Positions 25,495 to 39,389 of a stretch of 64,000 nucleotides of DNA are shown here, in pieces. How positions within the stretch are numbered: position 1 is the first letter of the stretch; each line of letters begins with the position of its first letter. Under the pieces are notes generated by a model. It saw nothing but the letters and a program-made list of their open reading frames with translations. It searched no databases and was not told where the DNA came from. The stretch lies in NCBI RefSeq assembly GCF_006345805.1, contig NC_043020.1, positions 7,564,001 to 7,628,000 of the forward strand, written 5' to 3'. Source of the DNA: Octopus sinensis (lineage: Eukaryota). The translations under genes were made by a program, and so were the position numbers.

Positions 25495-26045
25495 CATCAT
25501 CATCATTGTTTAGCGTCCGCTTTCCATGCTAGCATGGGTTGGACGGTTCAACTGGGGTCTGGGAAGCCAGAAGGCTGCACCAGGCTCCAGTCTTATCTGG
25601 CAATGTTTCTACGGCTGGATGCCCTTCCTAACGCCAACCACTCCATGAGTGTAGTGGGTGCTTTTTTATGTGCCACCAGCATAGGTGCCAGACGGGGCTG
25701 GCAAATGGCCACGGTCGGATGGTGCTTTTTACGTGCCACCAGCACGGGGGTTAGACGAGGTTGGCAACGGCCATGATTGGATGGTGCTTTTTACGTGCCA
25801 CCGGCACGGGGTCCAAGAGAGGCTGGCAATGGCCATGATCGGATGGTGCTTTTTACGTTCCACCGGCATGGGGGCCAGGCGAGGCTGGCAATGTCCACGA
25901 TCGAATGGTGCTTTTTACGTGCCACCGGCACAAGGCCAGTCGGGGCGGTGCTGGCAACGCCCATGTGTAGATGGTTCTCTTATGTGCCACCGGCGCTGGT
26001 ATCACAGCTGCAATTTCCATTGATGTTGATCGATTTCGATTTTGA
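25495..26045 (-). mobile_element. RTE 3'-end fragment with about five 55-bp internal tandem units
   Basis: LINE terminus followed by repeated ggc...ggccatgatcggatggtgctttttacgtgccaccggcac units. Confidence 0.85.
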
Positions 26046-27807
26046 TTTACAGATAGTAAGAAAAAAGCATTTACATGCAACAGAAGACACATATACAGAC
26101 ATATGTATGAAAATATGGACACATACACACACTGTCTTTCTCTCTCACACAAACACAAGTGTATGAAAACGGACCCACAAAAATACATTAAACACCCAAG
26201 ATCACACAAACACATTTGAAAATAGTTATATAGAAAGTTTTAAAATCTTCCCATGTGTTCCATGACATAGACTTTCTTTAGTTTAAAATCGTTACCAAAA
26301 TCAATCCGTTTCCTAGCAACTCTAAATCACATCAAAGTATCGTTGTGTCCTTGATCAAATACTGACTTACATCCAATAAGCATTCTCATCCTTTTTTCTA
26401 TTTTCTCTTTCCTTCCTCCACTTCCGGCCTGGTCCCCGAGTTTCTGGTAATATTATTTGGATCGGCGGGACCTCTGACTTTTTAACCCCAAAAGTTGTCC
26501 AATCTTTGGTCACACCTCAAGAACCTAATGGTTTAATGGGTATCACTTTCTAATCTTCTTTCTTCTTTTGGCGGGGTGGTTTGCTAAGAGAAATAATATC
26601 GGCACAGCCCTGCAACTCGATGGTAGAAAAGGGACCAATAAACTTTGACTCATGCTTTAGGAAATCATCTTTCCACAGACAGGGAACATGACCCAAATTC
26701 TTACAGCCGAAGACATTCCCCTAATGATACCCAACATCTATATAATAGCAATTAAGCTGGACAATGGATGGATTAATTCTAATTGCAGCCCCTATTATCT
26801 TCTGATTGGAGGCACATGGCTTAGTGGTTAGGATGTTGGACTCAAGATAGTATGATTGTAGTTTCAATTCCTGGACCAGGTGATGTGTTATGTCCTTGAG
26901 CAAGACACTTCATTTCATGTTGCTCCAATTCACACAGCTGGTACAAATTAGTAACTGTGCAACAGACCAGTGTTCCATCCAGAGAGGAATATATATATAT
27001 ATATTATATATATATATATATATATAATAAATATTAGGGAATAAATCCAAACTTACAGGGAAAAATCAGATTTAGGATTGAATCCAATTTTATAGTAAAA
27101 TATTATATAATATTAAATTAGAGATAAAACCACTATTAGGCAAATCATACAATGAAAAACTTAAGCCAATACATAACATTATTTAATTTATATTATTTAA
27201 ATATATAACAAAATTATTAAAAAATATATATATAAAGGGAAAGTTTACAAAAATAAACAAAAGATGAAGACAGGTGGTGTACAAAACAAACAGATGTATT
27301 AGTATAACGCTCAGGAACAGAAAAAGTCTTTTACGTTTCGAGCCTATGCTCTTCTACAGAAAAGGACACAGAAAAAACAAGGAGAGAAAAATAGCAGAGA
27401 AAAAAATGTGTGTAGTGGCTAGGAAACCAGTCATGTGGCCCTTATGGAATTATGTGAACTAACTTAACCATTATCTTTGGAATACTATTTATACAAGAGT
27501 TAGTCTCCTGACTAATTAAGACATCTGCCCTCCCTCCCACCCACAAAACAAATATTCATATGACTGTCTGTTTTAGAAAATTCATTCTTTGACTTCGTTA
27601 CTCTTTTACATGTTTCAGTCCTTTGACTGTGGCCATGCTGCAGCACCACCTTTAGTTGAACAAATTGACCCCAGGACTTATTCTTTGTAAACCTAGTACT
27701 TATTCTATCGGTCTCTTTTGCCGAACCGCTAAGTTTCAGGGACATAAACACACCGCCATCGGCTGTCATACAATGGTGAGAGGACAAACACAGACACACA
27801 CACAAAT

Positions 27808-28135
27808 ATGTATGTATGTATGTGTATAAATATATGTATGTATATATATATGTATGTATATATATATATATGTATGTCTGTGTATATATGTATGTATATA
27901 CATGTGTATATATATATATATGTATGTGTGTGTATATATATATGTATATATGTATGTATATGTGTATATATATATATAATGTGTGTATCTATATGTATGT
28001 ATATATATATATAATGTATGTATATATATGTATATATATGTGTATATATATTTGTATATATATGTATGTATATGTATATATATGTGTATATATATTTGTA
28101 TATGTGTATGCATATACATATATGTATTTATTTGT

Positions 28136-28210
<75 letters not shown>

Positions 28211-28245
28211 ATATATATATATATACACATATGTTTGTGTATGTC

Positions 28246-28275
<30 letters not shown>
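27808..28275. repeat. (TA)/(TG) compound microsatellite inside a SINE
   Basis: Directly visible. Confidence 0.95.
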
Positions 28276-28276
<1 letters not shown>

Positions 28277-28521
28277 GATGGGCTTCTTTCAGTTTCCATC
28301 TACCAAATCCTCTCACAATGCTTTGGTCAGTCCGAGGCTATAGTTGAAGATACTTGCCCAAGGTACTTTACAGCGGGACTGAACCCAGAACCATGTGGTT
28401 GGAAAGCAAACGCCTTACCCCCACAGCCACATCCGTGCCTTATGTCTAAATATTCTTAAAGTTAACTTATTGTTGGTTTGTTTGTTTTGTTTGTTTATAA
28501 TGTTTGTTGTTTTTTGATTAG

Positions 28522-28640
28522 GTCAAGGAAATCTCGAGCTACAGTGCGAGAGAACGAGAACGGGGTGTTCCATGTCCGACAGGCAAGACGGAAGAAAAGT
28601 CCAGAAAAGGCTCCAGCCAAGCAACCAGATTATGACCGAG
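28522..28640 (+). CDS. DCDC2: DCDC2-like exon (SRKSRATVRENENGVFHVRQARRKKSPEKAPAKQPDYDR)
   Basis: T-rich tract + ttag acceptor; 119 nt, phase 2/1; donor G|gtaaac; frame continuous with both neighbours. Confidence 0.82.
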
Positions 28641-30355
28641 GTAAACTGTGCCACTGAGTTAAAGGAAGGTTGTGCATGCATGTGTGTGTTTAAGAGTGGG
28701 AACTAAGTGTGGGTTAGTGTGTGTTTAGGTTATAGCAGTAGTTTCCAAAGAGGGCGGTACTGTCCTGGCAGAAACGTCAGCACGCCGGGCGAAATACTTA
28801 GCAGTATTTCATCTGCCGTTAGGTTCTGAGTTCAAATTCCGCCGAGGTCGACTTTGCCTTTCATCCTTTCGGGGTCGATTAAATAAGTACCAGTTACGCA
28901 CTGGGGTCAATATAATCGACTTAATCCATTTGTCTGTCCTTGTTTGTCCTCTCTGTGTTTAGCCCCTTATAGGTAGTAAAGAAATAGGTATTGTCCCCCT
29001 GGAGGTGGTGGAAAGTTCCAAGGTGGCATTGAAGAACTGTGGGGTGATAATGGGGTGGTGATTCATGTACAAACAACAAAATAATGGGTTCATTATGTTA
29101 CGTTTTACTCGGCAAATACATTTGTGATGGTTAGTTGGGGTGGGGTCACTAGGAATGTAGACTGGGTGTCAAGGGGGTGGCAGCCCGAAAATGTTTGGGA
29201 ACCACTGGGTTAGAGTGTGTATGTGCATGTAAGAGAGAGTCAGTGAGAATATGTAAGTGAAAGAGTGAATTTGTGTTTGTGTGTCTAGAGAGAGAGAGAG
29301 AGAGAGAGAGAGAAGGAATTTGTGAGAGAGAGGGAGTGACAGACAAGTGTATATATTAAAGAAGGGTATACAAGGGTTCTCACCCATTTTTTATCTACGG
29401 TCCCCTTTGGATATTTTTTTTCTGGTGGACCCCAAAGCCATTCAATGTTATTTTATTCTTCACACATTAACTTAAGTAGATTGAACTTTGGAAAACATTA
29501 GAGAAAGAAACCCAGCTGTTGTATAGACCCCTAAAAATCTTATATGGACCCTGGTCTAGCATCTTTATGATTTCGTCAGATCTGCCTTTTTTGTTATGTA
29601 GACAAAAAGTTCATCGTCGCATCATTATTATCATCATTTAATGTCCATTGTCCATGCTGGCATGGGTTGAACAGTCTGACCAGGGCTGGCAAGCTGAGGA
29701 GCTGCACCAAGATGTAGTTTGATTTGGCAGGGTTTTCTACGGCTGGATGCCCTTCCTAACACCAACCACTCCGAGAATATAATAGGTGCTTTTACATGCC
29801 ACTGGCACAGGTGCCAGTTGTGTGACACCGGTATCTGCCACGACTACAGTTTCACTTGGCTTGATGGGTCTTCTCCTCAAGCACAGCATATTGCCAAAGG
29901 TCTCGGTCATTTGTCATTGCCTCCATGAGCCCCAACACTTGAGAGGTATTGGGCTTCACTGAGGCAATGTGGCCAATGCCAGTGACACATACCTATTTCT
30001 TTATTACCCACAAGGGGATAAACATAGAGGGGACAAACAAGGACAGACATAGGTATTAAGTCGATTACATCGACCCCAGTGCATAACTGGTACTTAATTT
30101 ATCGACCCCGAAAGGATGAAAGGCAAAGTCGACCTTGGCGGAATTTGAACTCACAACGTGGAGACAGACGAAATACCGCTAAATATTTTGCCGTGACACA
30201 TAAGTAGCACTCATGTCGGTGGCACATAATAGGCACCGGCATCAATTATAATTTCCCTCCCTTCTCTTCCTCCTCTCCCTCTCCTCCTCCTCTCCCTCCC
30301 CTCCTCCTTCCTCTCTCATGGTCTTCATGCATCTCAACCGTTTCTACCAATTCAG

Positions 30356-30474
30356 ATCAAGGAGGCGTTTTCAAGGCAAAAGACAAGAATCCAGAAACCC
30401 GACATGCCAATGTCGTGTCTGAGAGTGCTGACACCAAGATGGAGGTACCAGTAGACAATATGGCCGCTGAACAG
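30356..30474 (+). CDS. DCDC2: DCDC2-like exon (DQGGVFKAKDKNPETRHANVVSESADTKMEVPVDNMAAEQ)
   Basis: ttcag acceptor; 119 nt, phase 1/0; donor CAG|gtgggt. Recognisably similar to the vertebrate DCDC2 segment GIFKA...ETRGAAEVQEDEDTQVEVPVDQRPAE (from memory). Confidence 0.9.
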
Positions 30475-31695
30475 GTGGGTTCGTTGGTTGTTGTTGTTGT
30501 TATTGCTGTTGTTATTATTGTTGTTGGTGTTGTTGTTGTTATTGTCATGGTTGTGTGTGTTGTGTATTGTACCATGTGCAATCTGCGTAGCTATGTCACA
30601 TGTAATTATCTTCTGTGTCCATGTAGGTATTTTGGGGGCTCACAATCATAAGGTCATGGGTTCAATCCACAGACCAGGTGGCACATTGTGTTCTTGAGCA
30701 AGGCACTTCATTTCACGTTGCTCCAGTCCATTCAGCTGTAAACAAGCATCAACTCATTGCTGGTGCCGCCTTCCCTCCCTCCAGCTGTCACATCCTTGGT
30801 GTCCCTTTAAGTTAAGGAGTGAGAAATACCAAGAGGGTATCAGCAGATGTAAAGAATGTGGAATGCACCCCCTTTATTTTTTCTTTTTTGTTTCTTTTAC
30901 AGAATCCCCATTTTCAAGTATGGAGATTCTGATTCTGCGAAAAAAAAAAATGGCATTCAAAAATTTTCATTTCCCCCACCTATAAAAGTTTTTTTTTTTT
31001 TCTTTTAAATTGAAATTTTATGAATTTTTTTTTTCAGAATCATAATCTCCATATTTTTGTATGTGTATTGCAAAAAAAAAAAAAAAATTCTGAATAAAGT
31101 GGAAATTGAAGAATTTGGGCGGGCGGTGGAAGAATTAAAATTTTAAAATGCTGTTTTTTTGGGGGGTTTTTTTTTTGTAGAATCAGAGTCTCTGTACTCG
31201 AAAATGGGGGTTTCTGTAAAAAAAAAAAACATTCTTTACGTCCGCCAAGGGTATTTGTGTCTGCTCATGACTACACAAGCACCTAAAACAATTTGTGAAA
31301 GTATGGTACATGCTACCAAGCCATATACACTGGTGATTATGACTATGTGTTTATTGAGTATGATTTTGTGCAGTTTGTATGTGTGCCTTATGTGTGAGTG
31401 TTGTCTGTGTATAGTGAGGGTGCCTGACTTAGTGGTTAGGGTATTTAGCTCATGATCATATGGTTGTGAGTTCAATCCCCAGTGGAGCATTGTCCTCTTG
31501 AGCAAAACACTTTATTTCACGTTGCTCCAGCCCATGTTATGTACCGTGTTTGTATAAGAATGTTGTATAACTTTTGTGTGTGGTGCTGGTTGTTTTGTGA
31601 AATGTTTTCTGAATGGCTTCTGTGTGTAGAAGTGAGAGATATGAAGAAATGTGTCATTCTGTCACATTCATTCCTTTCCTTACCTGTATTTGCAG

Positions 31696-31722
31696 ATTAA
31701 TGAAGAGAAGTTGAGTGATAAG
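31696..31722 (+). CDS. DCDC2: 27-nt micro-exon (INEEKLSDK)
   Basis: Pyrimidine tract + tttgcag acceptor; donor AAG|gtaagt; phase 0/0; completes AEQ-INEE, comparable to DCDC2 AEIVDEE. Confidence 0.82.
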
Positions 31723-32007
31723 GTAAGTGTATGCTACTAACCTCGACCATAAATGCATACTACTCGTTTTTGTTATATATGTCTAAGTATTTTGTTTTAC
31801 TGGAGACAAGGTAGAACAACAGCTGTGCTGATGATGTCTGTTGTGGCAGAAACACAAGTCCATGCTGTCCTCTTATCTCCAACCAATCAGACTGCATTTT
31901 TTCCCTTTAATGACATGTCAAATTTGGGAAATTCATTTGGATGTAGTTCCAAGGGCCACCAAGTGAATGTTTTACCTTCCCTGAAAACAAGAATTTATGT
32001 CATATTT

Positions 32008-32078
<71 letters not shown>

Positions 32079-32552
32079 TATATAATCTGAATATTAAGAA
32101 GACAAAGAAATCCTTTAACACAACTTTAATGATCCGTTACAATTGTTTCTGTACCAACTCTCTTTGCAATGACAGTTTACACAAAAATCAAACTTTACAT
32201 AATGTTTGTGATTTTAGACATTAGAGTGGTACTTCATCAGAATTGCATCAAAAGGGTTCCCTCACATTGTCCATCTTCAAGACATGGACAGACAAAGGGT
32301 TTAAGTCAACTACATCGACCCCAGTGTGTAACTGGTATTTATTTAATCGACCCCGAAAGGATAAAAGGCAAAGTCGACCTCAGCGGAATCTGAACTCAGA
32401 ACATAACGGCAGGTGAAATACCTCTAAGCATTTCACCTGGTGTGTTAAGGTTTCTGCCAGCTCATCACCTATGTATGTTTATATCATCATCATCTGGTTG
32501 TGCTGCTTGCGCAGATTTCCACGATTCTCTGTTGCCTTCTAGTTCTATTTAT

Positions 32553-32990
32553 CATCATCATTATCGCTTAACATCCGCTTTCTATGCTGGCATGGGTTGC
32601 GTGGTTTGACTGAGGGCTGGCAAGCCAGAAGGCTACACCAGGCTTCAATCTGATCTGGCGAAGTTTCTACAACTGGATGCCCTTCCTAACATCAACCACT
32701 CCGAGAGTGTAGTGGGTGGGTTTTACGTGCCACTGACATGAGGACCAGTCAGGCAGTACTGGCATCGATGTATGAATTGAATTAGGAGCTTGTAAAAAAC
32801 AAGCACGTAAAAAGCACCCTCTACACTCTCGGAGTGGTTGGCGTTAGGAAGGGCATCCATCCATAGAAACATTGCCAGATCAGACTGGAGCCTGGTGCAG
32901 CCTCCTGGATTCCCAGACCCCAGTTGAACCGTCCAACCCATGCTAGCATGGAAAGCGGATGCTAAACGATGATGATGATGATGATGATGA
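32553..32990. mobile_element. Inverted pair of RTE 3'-end fragments (- copy about 32553-32745, + copy about 32795-32990)
   Basis: (CAT)n...gatgcccttcc on the left; ggaagggcatcc...(GAT)n on the right; about 60-nt spacer. Confidence 0.8.
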
Positions 32991-34112
32991 TGCTTGTTTC
33001 AGGTATTTGAGTGTGGCCATGTTGGGGCATCATGTTGAAGAATTTTAGTTGAAGGAATCAAGCCCAGTACTTGCTTTTTCTTTTAAACCTGATATATATC
33101 AGTCCCTTTTGCTGAACTGCTAAGTTATAATAATGTAAACACTGACACAGGTTGTGAAGCAGTGGTGAAGGACAAACACACACACACACACACACATGCA
33201 ATGACCTTCTTTCAGTTTCCATCTACCAAATCCATTTACAAGGCTTTGGTCGGCCTGGGACTATAGTGGGAGCCACTTGCCCAAGGTGCCATGCAGTGGG
33301 ACTGAACCCAGAACTATGTCAATTGGGAGGCAAGCTTCTTACCGCAGAGCTATGCCTGCACCCATAGTCAACTCTTCTTTCTTGCTGTTTCACTTATTGA
33401 CCTCGGGGAAATGAAAGGCAAAGTTGACCTTGGTGCTGTTTGAACTCGGAGCATAAGGTGCTTCAGTAAATACTAGAGGTCGTTTTGCCCAACACTTTAA
33501 TACTTCTGCCAATTTACCATTGTATAAATGTGTGTGTGTGTGCGTATAACTGGATGTGTATGTATCAGTATGTGTGCACAACTGAATCTGTGTGTATGTG
33601 TGTGCAAGTATGTGTATGCATTTATACTGAAAGTGTGTGTATACATAACTGTAAGCGTATGTATGAGTATGTGTGCATAACTGTGTATGTTTGTGTGTAT
33701 GGATGGATATATATGTGTGTGTGTGTGTGTATGAATATCATCATCATCATCATCGTTTAACGTCCGCTTTCCGCGCTAGCACGGGTTGGACGGTTTGACC
33801 GGGTCTGGGAAGCCAAGGGCCGCACCAGGCTCCAGTCTGAATCTGGCAGAGTTTCTACGGCTGGATGCCCTTCCTAACGCCAACCACTCCGTGAGTGGAT
33901 TGGGTGCTTTTTACGTGCCACCTGCACAGGGGCCGGAGGGTCCGGCATCGTCACGATCGGTTCGAGCATTTTAACGTGTCAGCGGCACATGGGCAACGAG
34001 GTCCGGGGTACTTTGGGGATCCAGGGTACTTTGGGGGTCCGGGGTACTTAGAATGAGTAGGGGGTATGTGGAATTGCTGCAGAAAGCAGCCCGGGTCTTT
34101 GTAGTCACAGCA

Positions 34113-34471
34113 TTTATCATCACTGAGTAACGTAATTAGGTAGAGGAAAGAAATACAGATATTCTAGAGTTGAGTTGGGGAGGGGGAGGTCCAGTTGAGG
34201 CGGGTAATATAGGAGGGCAACCAGTGGGGAAGGTTGGGGTAAGGAGGAACGATGACAGGAAGGGTTGGTGTAGGTTCCTAAGAAATAAAGACATTCGTTA
34301 TCGTCACTGAGTAACGTTATTAAGTAGAGGAAAGAATACAGATATTCGAGAGTTGAGTTGGGGAGAGGGGGGTCCAGTTGAGGCGGTAATATAGGGGAGC
34401 AACCAGTGGGGAAGGTTGGGGTAAGGAGGAACGATGGCAGGAAGGGTTGGTGTAGGTTCCTAAGAAATAAA
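34113..34471. repeat. Tandem duplication of about 184 bp
   Basis: ttatc(a/g)tcactgagtaacgt...taggttcctaagaaataaa occurs twice. Confidence 0.9.
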
Positions 34472-34816
34472 AACGTAGGATATTATATATATATATTTTG
34501 TAACATGTTTCTATTATATATATATGTATGTGTGCATGAATGTAAATGTATGTATAAACGTAAATGTGTGTGTGTGTGTACATAACTGTATGCATAACTT
34601 AATGTGTGTGAGCATGAGTGTGTGTGTATATAACTGGAAATGTATGTATCGGTATGTGCACACAGCTGAATGTGTGCGTATGTGTGTGTGAGTATGTGTA
34701 TGCATATATATTGAAAGTGTATATATACATAACTGTACATGTGTAGTGTGTGTATATATAACTGTAAATGTATATATATGTGTGCATAACTGTGTGTGTG
34801 TGTGTGTATATATATG

Positions 34817-34851
<35 letters not shown>

Positions 34852-36621
34852 ATGTGTGTGTGTGCATGAGTAAATGTATGTATAAATGTAAATGTGTGTG
34901 TGAAACCGCGTATGCATAACTGAATGTATGTATATGTACATAAGCATATATGTGTGTATGTAACTCTGTATGTGTATGTGCATATGTGTAGCTGAATATG
35001 TGTAGATTCATGTGTGTATGCACGAATCAATGTATGTGTGTGTGTGCATGATTAGATGTGTATGTGATTACACAATTGTGTGTGTGTGCGTGTGTGTGTG
35101 CGTGTTCCTAACTCTAAATCCTAACATGACAGCTAATCCTAATCTTATCTAATCCATTCTTCAGATTAATCTTTGATTAACATTAAAGCTTCAACTTGTT
35201 TCCACTGTTTTAAACATTGATTGAATATGTACCAGTAATTTAACAGGGTAGATAGTAGTTTAGCCATTCCTGAGTCCATTCTGTAGTGGTAGAGTCAAAG
35301 GCAAGGACAATGATGCTGGTGGTGGTGGTAGAGGCGGCAGCGGTGGTGATGGTGGTGGCGATAGTGGTGGTGGTGGTGGTGGCGGCGATGGTGGTGGTGG
35401 TGGTGGCGTCGGCGATGGTGGTGGTGGCGGCAGTGGTGGCTTTAGTAGTAGCAGAGTGAATGGTGCTGGTTGTAGTAGTGGTGGTAGTGATGATGATGTT
35501 AGTGGGAATACTACTAACAGAGGTGGTGGTAGTGGTGGATGTAGTGGGCGAAATGCGTAGCCGTATTTCGTCTGTCATTACGTTCTGAGTTCAAATTCCG
35601 CCGAGGTCAACTTTGCCTTTCATCCTTTCGGGGTCGATAAATTAAGTACCAGTTACGCACTGGGGTTGATATAATCGATGTCTGTCCTTGTTTGTTCCCT
35701 CTATGTTTAGCCCCTTGTGGGTAATAAAGAAATAGGATGTAGTGGCAACTGTTATAGTTGAGAAAGCAGTGGTGGTGGTGATGGTAGTGGTTACAGGAGT
35801 AGGGGTGACAGTGATACTGGTGGTGGGGATGAATTTGGAAATAAGGCAGTAAGGCCATGACCACCCATATAGAATTTAGCCCAGCAGAGTAAATATTCTT
35901 CTGACGAGGGACAGTCCAAAAAATGACCATCAGTTCAACCTCATCGTCTGCAAACCAATAGGGGAATCTCTTTGTGGTTGCTCAGTCTAAAAGAAATGCA
36001 AGAAATAGCAGCCAAATTTCCTTTAATTCATGTCCTACTATTTAAAAAAAAGAAGAATATACTTTATGTTTTGTATATTCTTGGAGAGAGTATTCTCTTT
36101 CCCTTTAGCATTTAAACTGACCACATCCAGCCCAGATATTCTACCTGTTTTATGTTCAAATTGACCAGATCTGGCCTCTTGCACCTACCCTACATTGTCT
36201 TTCTAAAAATATAATGGTCACATCATGGAAATCTCAAAGCTCGGAGATAATGCTTGATTAATCCAAAACAAGGAAAGGAAACAAACATTACATTTTACTG
36301 AGTAATTTGAATGTTAAACAGTTAAAAGGTGGTGGTTATGGCTGGGTTGGCTTTCGTCATAGGTCTGCTTGATCATAGAGCCTGTTCAACAATTGTTTCA
36401 CAATTATTTACAAGGCCAGAAATTTTGAGGGTAGGGGAGATTAGTCAATCACAGTGATGCTAGTACTCGGCTGGTACTTTAGTAAGGTGAATCACAAGAC
36501 ACCTGAAGAAGATTGAAGTGTACAACAACTGAAATATAATGAAAGCAACAATCAAGATGGGACACCAGTTCGACTAATGTAAACAGTGGACATAAACTGG
36601 GTCGTGACAAACTGATTGTTG

Positions 36622-36842
36622 TACGAGGGGCCGCTGAAATGTTCCTGGCTTTAAGGGTATTGCTAAAGGCCTGGTTGGAGGCCCAACTTTCTGAGTTTTT
36701 TTACAGGGCTAAGAAAAATTGAAGGATTGCTGCAATAAGTGTGTGAATCTGAGAGGGGAATATGTTGAATAAAATCATAATTAACTGATTCTCCTATATT
36801 TTCTTTTACCCAATGCTAGGAACCTTCTAGCATTCCTTTGTA
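36622..36842 (+). mobile_element. Mariner-derived MITE, copy 1
   Basis: TA-flanked degenerate TIRs TACGAGGGGCCGCTGAAATGTTCCTGGC / GCTAGGAACCTTCTAGCATTCCTTTGTA, with a transposase C-terminal remnant (CNKCVNLRGEYVE*). Confidence 0.7.
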
Positions 36843-36943
36843 TATATGCATACATACATACATAGTCCTCAGTCAAATCATTCAACCCATGCTAGCATGG
36901 AAAGCGGACGTTAAACGATGATAATGATGATGATATATATATA

Positions 36944-37163
36944 TATGAGGGGGCACTGGAAAGTTCCTTGCTTTAAGGGTATTGTGAAAGGTCTGGTTGG
37001 AGGCCCAACCTTGTGAGTTCTTTTACAGGGTTTAGAAAAACTGAAGGGCCACTGCAATAAGTGAGTGAATCTGAGAGGGGAATATGTTGAATAAAATCAG
37101 AATTAACTGATCCTCCTGTATTTTCTTTCACCCAAAGCCAGGAGCTTTTCAATATCCTCTCAT
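36944..37163 (+). mobile_element. Mariner-derived MITE, copy 2
   Basis: Colinear diverged copy of 36622-36842. Confidence 0.7.
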
Positions 37164-37629
37164 GACTGGGTCACTGTAACAAAATCACTGCAAACTCATT
37201 CTTGTAACTGGGTCACTCTAACAAGCCAACTGCTAACTGGGTCACTGTAACAAGCCAACTGCTAACTGGGTCACTACTGATTGCTATAACTGGATCACTG
37301 TTATAAGATCATTAAAAACTGGGTCCCGTTTACAACTGATTGTTGTACCCAGGTCACTTAAAAGAATTATTTTTAGAAGTGACTCAATAATTCAAGATGT
37401 CAGGCATCTCTCAAACATGATCACTACAAACTGGATTGCCACATCCGGATCGATGCAACCTGGAATCAATGATAAAGGCAGGTTGTTGATACAAAGACAA
37501 ACAAATTGATCAATTATAAATTCAATCAATAATCTAAGTACACTTAATTCAATGCACTTAATTCTGTAACAAACAGAAACTGGACATTACGAAACAGTGT
37601 CAACAAGACATGTCTATCAACTGTATCAA

Positions 37630-37974
37630 TCATCATTATCATCAGTCAGCATCATCATCATGACCATCTTCATCATCAACTTCATCACCATCATCATAGT
37701 CATTGTCAATATCACCATTGTCATCATCATCATCGTCATTGTCGTCATCATCGTCATCATCATCATTGTTGTCATCGTCACCATCATCATCATCATCATC
37801 ATTGTCGTTATCGTCATCATCATTGTTGTCATCATCATCATTGTTGTCATCATCATCATTGTTGTCATCATCATCATTGTTGTCATCATCATCATTGTTG
37901 TCATCATCATCATTGTTGTCATCATCATCGTCACCATCATCATCATCATTGTTGTCATCATCATCACCATCACC

Positions 37975-38006
<32 letters not shown>

Positions 38007-38225
38007 CGTCATCATCATTGTTGTCACCATCATGATCAATTTCATTACTGTCATTATCATCATCATAATCATCGTCATCTTTGTTGTCATCATTTTCATC
38101 ATCATCATCATCAATGTCATCACCATCATCATCATCATTATCATCATCATCATTATCATCAGCTTTATCCTTGTCATCACCATTGTCATCATCATCATTA
38201 TCATCATTACCATTGTTGTCATTGT
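37630..38225. repeat. (ATC)/(GTC)/(TTG) trinucleotide array
   Basis: Directly visible; explains track ORFs 37597..38403, 37626..38351 and 37642..38253. Confidence 0.95.
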
Positions 38226-38448
38226 TTTGTTGTCCTCTTCTCTTTGCCTGCAACGGATCAGTTGGAATCTGTTGAGGCAGATTTCCTGTGGCTGGATGCC
38301 CTTCCTGTCACCAACCTTCACTCGTCTCCAAGCAATTGAATATTTCTCCATGGGCAGACATGTCTTCTATGGAAGCCTGGAAATGACAACAATGCTCGAC
38401 TGATGGGGACATTCACTTACAATTGTCACGCAATGTCAAGATAAGAGT

Positions 38449-38492
<44 letters not shown>

Positions 38493-38999
38493 GTGTGTAT
38501 ATATATATGTGTATGTATATATGTAAAATGTGTTTTTGAGAGAATACATACACTTTCTTCACAAAGACTTTATACACATTTCTTTATATATAGTTGCAGG
38601 AGTGGCTGTGTGGTAAGAAGCTTGCTTACCAACCACATGGTTTCTGGGTTCAATCCCACTGCGTGGCATTTTGGGCATGTGTCTTCTACTATAGCCTTGG
38701 GCTGACCAAAATCTTGTAGATTTAGTAGATGGAAACTGAAAGAAGCCTATCGTATATATGTATCTGTGTTTGTCCCCCACCACCACCACCACCACCACCT
38801 CCGTCACTTGACAACCGATGTTGGTGTGTTTATGTCCCCCATAACCTAGCGGCTTGGCAAACGGAACTGATAGAATAAGTAACTGAGGGTTGATTTATTC
38901 AACTAAAGGCGTTGCTCCAGCATGGCTGCAGTCACATGACGGAAATGACGAAAAGAGAAAAAAAACACATGTGCATACACACTCATCGAAGCATCAATT

Positions 39000-39028
39000 A
39001 TATATATATATGCGTGTGTGTGTGTATG

Positions 39029-39083
<55 letters not shown>

Positions 39084-39090
39084 ATATATA

Positions 39091-39127
<37 letters not shown>

Positions 39128-39166
39128 ATATATATGTGTGTGTGTGTATGTATGTATGTATGTATA

Positions 39167-39237
<71 letters not shown>

Positions 39238-39354
39238 ATATATATGTGTGTGTGTGTGTGTATATATGTATGTATGTATATATATATGCGTGTGGTGTGT
39301 ATGTATGTATGTATATTATATGTGTGTGTGTGGTGTATGTATGTATGTTATATA

Positions 39355-39389
<35 letters not shown>

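Noticed and set aside
37597-38403. Poly-I, poly-M, poly-D and poly-S ORFs
   Set aside because: Trinucleotide array.
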